From: Obrimoposthia wandeli
Taxonomy: Eukaryota
NCBI GenBank assembly: GCA_977020255.1
Contig: CDROCS010002422.1
Span: 248,001-312,000 of the forward strand
Reading direction: 5' to 3'
Length of the DNA: 64,000 bases
A program made the position numbers and the translations under genes. Shown here piece by piece: positions 61,232 to 64,000 of the stretch (the stretch's first letter is position 1; the number at the start of each line of letters is the position of its first letter). Under the pieces are notes generated by a model. The model worked only from the letters and a program-made list of their open reading frames with translations, did not search any database and had not been told where the DNA came from.

Positions 61232-61783
61232 CTATTTATGATTAGATTGGTCGGATAGTAGATCACTTGATGAATCAGGGGCGTTGTAAACTGGGCTCAG
61301 CGGATCTTGCGGCATTAGCAGCAACAGATATAACCTTTCAAGCATCACTAAACACAACACACTTGTTCCTATGCCACTTACTAATTGCGGTATCCATAAT
61401 GCGGTGGCATCTTGCCCTTGTGAAACATCGTGAAACTTGTGTGACCAATAAATCATCTTGAAGGCATAAAAGCTGAAATAAACACTAAGGCCAACTGCAA
61501 TTAGATGACACCAAAGCTCTAAAGCAAAACGAAACTTTTTTGAGAGGTTTAAAAACAGCGACACGCGAATATGGCTATTGATGTGCATCGCATAACTGAG
61601 ACCAAAAAATGAAGCCCCCGCCATACAATAACCAGCATAATTGGTGATGCCAGGCGTTGCATAACCCACAAAACGTCCCACTACTTGCACGATAATTAAC
61701 ACTAGTATGGCGATTAAAAAGCCAGCGGCAATGTAGCCACATAGCGTAAATAATCCATGTAAGGCTGTTCTGAATTTTCCCAT
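61232..61783 (-). CDS. dctQ: TRAP transporter small permease
   Basis: Four TM segments, HIRVSL, LWIPQ; ATG at 61783. Confidence 0.88.
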   Translation of the reverse strand: MGKFRTALHGLFTLCGYIAAGFLIAILVLIIVQVVGRFVGYATPGITNYAGYCMAGASFFGLSYAMHINSHIRVSLFLNLSKKFRFALELWCHLIAVGLSVYFSFYAFKMIYWSHKFHDVSQGQDATALWIPQLVSGIGTSVLCLVMLERLYLLLLMPQDPLSPVYNAPDSSSDLLSDQSNHK

Positions 61784-61861
61784 GGTGTTTCCCAGTGATT
61801 GAAGCAATTAACTAGAGGCTGGCAAAAAATGTAAATGTGAATTTAATAATACTTAATCATC

Positions 61862-61960
61862 AGTGCTCGATTTAATTTTTATTGTTCTATAACTCATTTA
61901 TTTTAGATTAATCATAATTGTTATTTGGCTGAAAAAATCCAATTAACTTTGCTAGAAAAC
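61862..61960 (+). repeat. 99-bp AT-rich dispersed repeat, copy B
   Basis: 81/99 identity to the reverse complement of 29177-29275. Confidence 0.85.
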
Positions 61961-62033
61961 AAGCCCTTTAGACAAATAATTAGGTATCTATTAAGTCAAT
62001 TTACGCGACTTACTAAATACCCAAATTTCTATC

Positions 62034-62196
62034 TAGTTCTCATCCAGAAACGGGGCCGTAACGAGGGCGACTCAATGGTTCAAGATGTGTGCTACTAGAT
62101 ATGGGCGTTTGGTCATTCCAAATAACTATATCTAGTGGTGCTCAGATTGATCCAGTGAGCCGGTCGCAGTAGGCATCTGTTTCCGGATGGGAACTA
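62034..62196. mobile_element. 163-bp imperfect palindrome (MITE/ERIC/REPIN-like non-autonomous element)
   Basis: Two ungapped 79-bp arms around a 5-nt loop, 54/79 complementary. TATCTA direct repeats flank the core (62030-62035, 62195-62200); a partial copy lies at 36895-36937. Mobility is inferred. Confidence 0.7.
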
Positions 62197-62216
62197 TCTA
62201 TAGATTGCGCTAAATA

Positions 62217-63194
62217 TTACTTATTATAGTTGGTAATTATTTTAGCGGCTGCGTCCCCTGCTGACTTTTTCCACTCATCCGCCATTGTTTTGCCAATGTC
62301 TTGCAAATCAGTTAATAGCTGGCCTTGTGCGGCTTGTGTTTTCATACCGTTAGCGGCTAATTGGCTAATGTACCAATCAGATAACTGCTGAGCTTTTGAA
62401 GTACCCGCTTGCTCTGCTAGCATTGCCATACCTTTTACGATGCTCTGAGTGCTTTTATCTAGCGACTCCCATGTATCTTTGTTAACAAAGATATAATTTC
62501 TCGGAAGCCATGCGTTTACATCATAGAAATGTGTTAGTTGCTCCCATACTTTTTTATCGTAGCCCGTTGATCCTGACGAAATCATTGACTCAACAACACC
62601 TGTTGCGAGTGCTTGAGATAACTCTGCCGCTTCAACTTGTACCGGCTGCATGCCCATCAACTCTGAAAGACGAGCTGTGGCTGCGTTATAAGAACGAAAC
62701 TTAACGCCTTTAGTGTCCGCTTTGCCTGTTACTGGCTTTTTGAAATACAAACCTTGACCCGGCCAAGGGACTGAATAAAGCAGTACTAAGTTATCATCAG
62801 ATAGCACTTTTTCTAGTTCGGGGCGCGCTGCATTCCAAAGTTTAACTGAACTATCAAAAGAAGAGGCGAGGAAAGGAACTGAGTCAAATCCGTATACGGC
62901 ATTTTCATTGGCATGAGCCGATAGTAAACGCTCACCTATTTGTGCTTGTCCTGTTTGTACAGCGCGTTTAATTTCCTTGCCGCCAAACAGAGATCCACCA
63001 CCGTGAACCACGATATCTAGCTTCCCCTGGGTGGCAACTTTCACCGCTTCGGCAAACAACTTGGCGTTTTGAGTGTGGTAGTTAGTGTTAGAATAAGCCA
63101 TCGGCATATCCCATTTCTCAGCATTAGCTAGTGGAGAAATAAGGCAAGTTGTGACAGCAGTGACTGTGAGAAAATTTTGCAGTTTACGAAACAT
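62217..63194 (-). CDS. dctP: TRAP transporter substrate-binding protein (Bordetella DctP6/DctP7-like subfamily)
   Basis: Signal peptide, KWDMPMAY, EIKRAVQTGQAQIGE, LLYSVPWPGQG, KFRSY, SSGSTGYD, AWLPRN; ATG at 63194. Confidence 0.92.
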   Translation of the reverse strand: MFRKLQNFLTVTAVTTCLISPLANAEKWDMPMAYSNTNYHTQNAKLFAEAVKVATQGKLDIVVHGGGSLFGGKEIKRAVQTGQAQIGERLLSAHANENAVYGFDSVPFLASSFDSSVKLWNAARPELEKVLSDDNLVLLYSVPWPGQGLYFKKPVTGKADTKGVKFRSYNAATARLSELMGMQPVQVEAAELSQALATGVVESMISSGSTGYDKKVWEQLTHFYDVNAWLPRNYIFVNKDTWESLDKSTQSIVKGMAMLAEQAGTSKAQQLSDWYISQLAANGMKTQAAQGQLLTDLQDIGKTMADEWKKSAGDAAAKIITNYNK

Positions 63195-63322
63195 ATTTAG
63201 TCCTTTTATTAGAATTATCATTCAACCTTAAATCAATATAAGATACTTTGAATCGCATAGCAATACCTTGTATTAGTATTCCTTGCTGTCATACTACTCA
63301 CTTATTAATAAGAAACTCTATT

Positions 63323-64000
63323 ATGACGGAACCTAAAAAAGATCCTCTCTATGTACAAAGCGTTGAAAAAGCATTCAAAGTATTAGCTGTTTTTAATGCC
63401 CAACAAAGCGCTTTATCACTAACAGATGTAACAAAATTAACGGGATACAGTAAAAGTAGCGCACAACGCTTTTGCCACACGCTGCTGCAATTAGGCTATT
63501 TAAGACGCAGTTTTAATAATAGTGATTTTGAATTAACTGCAAAAACCACCGAAATCGGTGCCCGTTTTATCGAATCAAATAATTTAGTACGCCGCGCTCG
63601 CCCTTATCTACATAGTTTGAGTTCCAAAACAGAAGGTGCAACTACCCTCTCTATTTTAGATGGCAATGAAGTAATTTTTGTTTCTAGGTTTTTAGGCAAA
63701 GATGTATTAGATACCACAGTAACAGTAGGCAGCCGCTTACCTATTTATTGTACCGCTTCAGGTCGCGCCGCTGCATCATTACTCAACGATGACCAGCTAG
63801 ACAGAATCTTAGCAGCCCAAACATGGGAAAAGCGCACTGCGCAAACTGAAGTTGATCCTCAACAAGTAAAGCAACGTATCATCACCTGTCGTGAGCAAGG
63901 GTATGCTTTTGTCAAAAACCAATATGTGATGGCTGATTTATCGTTAGCAGTGCCTATTTATGATCGCCAAAGTGACCTGCGCGGCTCGATCAACTTAGCG
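63323..64000 (+). CDS. IclR family transcriptional regulator, partial (runs off the right edge)
   Basis: Not in the ORF track. MTEPKKDPLYVQSVEKAFKVL...LSLTDVTKLTGYSKSSAQRFCHTLLQLGYL, and GSRLPIYCTASGR. Divergent from dctP. Confidence 0.92.
   Translation, partial: MTEPKKDPLYVQSVEKAFKVLAVFNAQQSALSLTDVTKLTGYSKSSAQRFCHTLLQLGYLRRSFNNSDFELTAKTTEIGARFIESNNLVRRARPYLHSLSSKTEGATTLSILDGNEVIFVSRFLGKDVLDTTVTVGSRLPIYCTASGRAAASLLNDDQLDRILAAQTWEKRTAQTEVDPQQVKQRIITCREQGYAFVKNQYVMADLSLAVPIYDRQSDLRGSINLA

Noticed and set aside
62034-62196. Integron attC site
   Set aside because: GTT is at the 5' end and AAC at the 3' end, the reverse of RYYYAAC...GTTRRRY; it is not at the end of a cassette ORF and no integrase is present.
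2034-62704. Many 60-180 aa ORFs overlapping long genes on the opposite strand or in another frame
   Set aside because: No recognisable motifs or RBS; they lie within well-supported genes and are expected by chance.

Overview
A ~40% GC window from a gammaproteobacterium with Oceanospirillales/Pseudomonadales-like gene order (taxonomy inferred from synteny only). 1-24 kb is conserved core: gltB (5' part), AAA-SPOR (DamX-like), aroB, aroK, pilMNOPQ, mrcA, maeB, rpmE, priA, argS, SPOR, hslVU, DUF971-like. It is followed by a stand-alone, strongly codon-biased EF-G paralog and a ~9.4 kb accessory block: fatty acid desaturase, small membrane protein, DUF6765-like putative Zn hydrolase, a three-domain GMC oxidase/Cys-nucleophile hydrolase fusion, Lrp, an orphan SBP and diaminopropionate ammonia-lyase. 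The his cluster is hisB-hisH-hisF; hisA is absent and its position holds a 33/34-bp tandem repeat array and a truncated palindromic element. Next come asmA-mutY-yggX, tRNA-Phe, and a 6S RNA separated from ygfA by decayed LuxR and MCP fragments. The last 20 kb is amino-acid/peptide catabolism: trans-sulfuration enzyme with LysR; an operon of M19 dipeptidase, Dpp-type ABC transporter and cytoplasmic NlpC/P60 peptidase (candidate muropeptide-scavenging pathway); threonine aldolase/AraC/DMT; and an IclR-TRAP (pyroglutamate-binder-like)-D-amino acid dehydrogenase cluster. Two different dispersed non-coding repeat families each occur twice in the window: a 163-bp imperfect palindrome and a 99-bp AT-rich repeat. 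No integrase, transposase or CRISPR is present. Alignments and identities were counted by hand; family assignments are from motif recognition and memory, not database searches.
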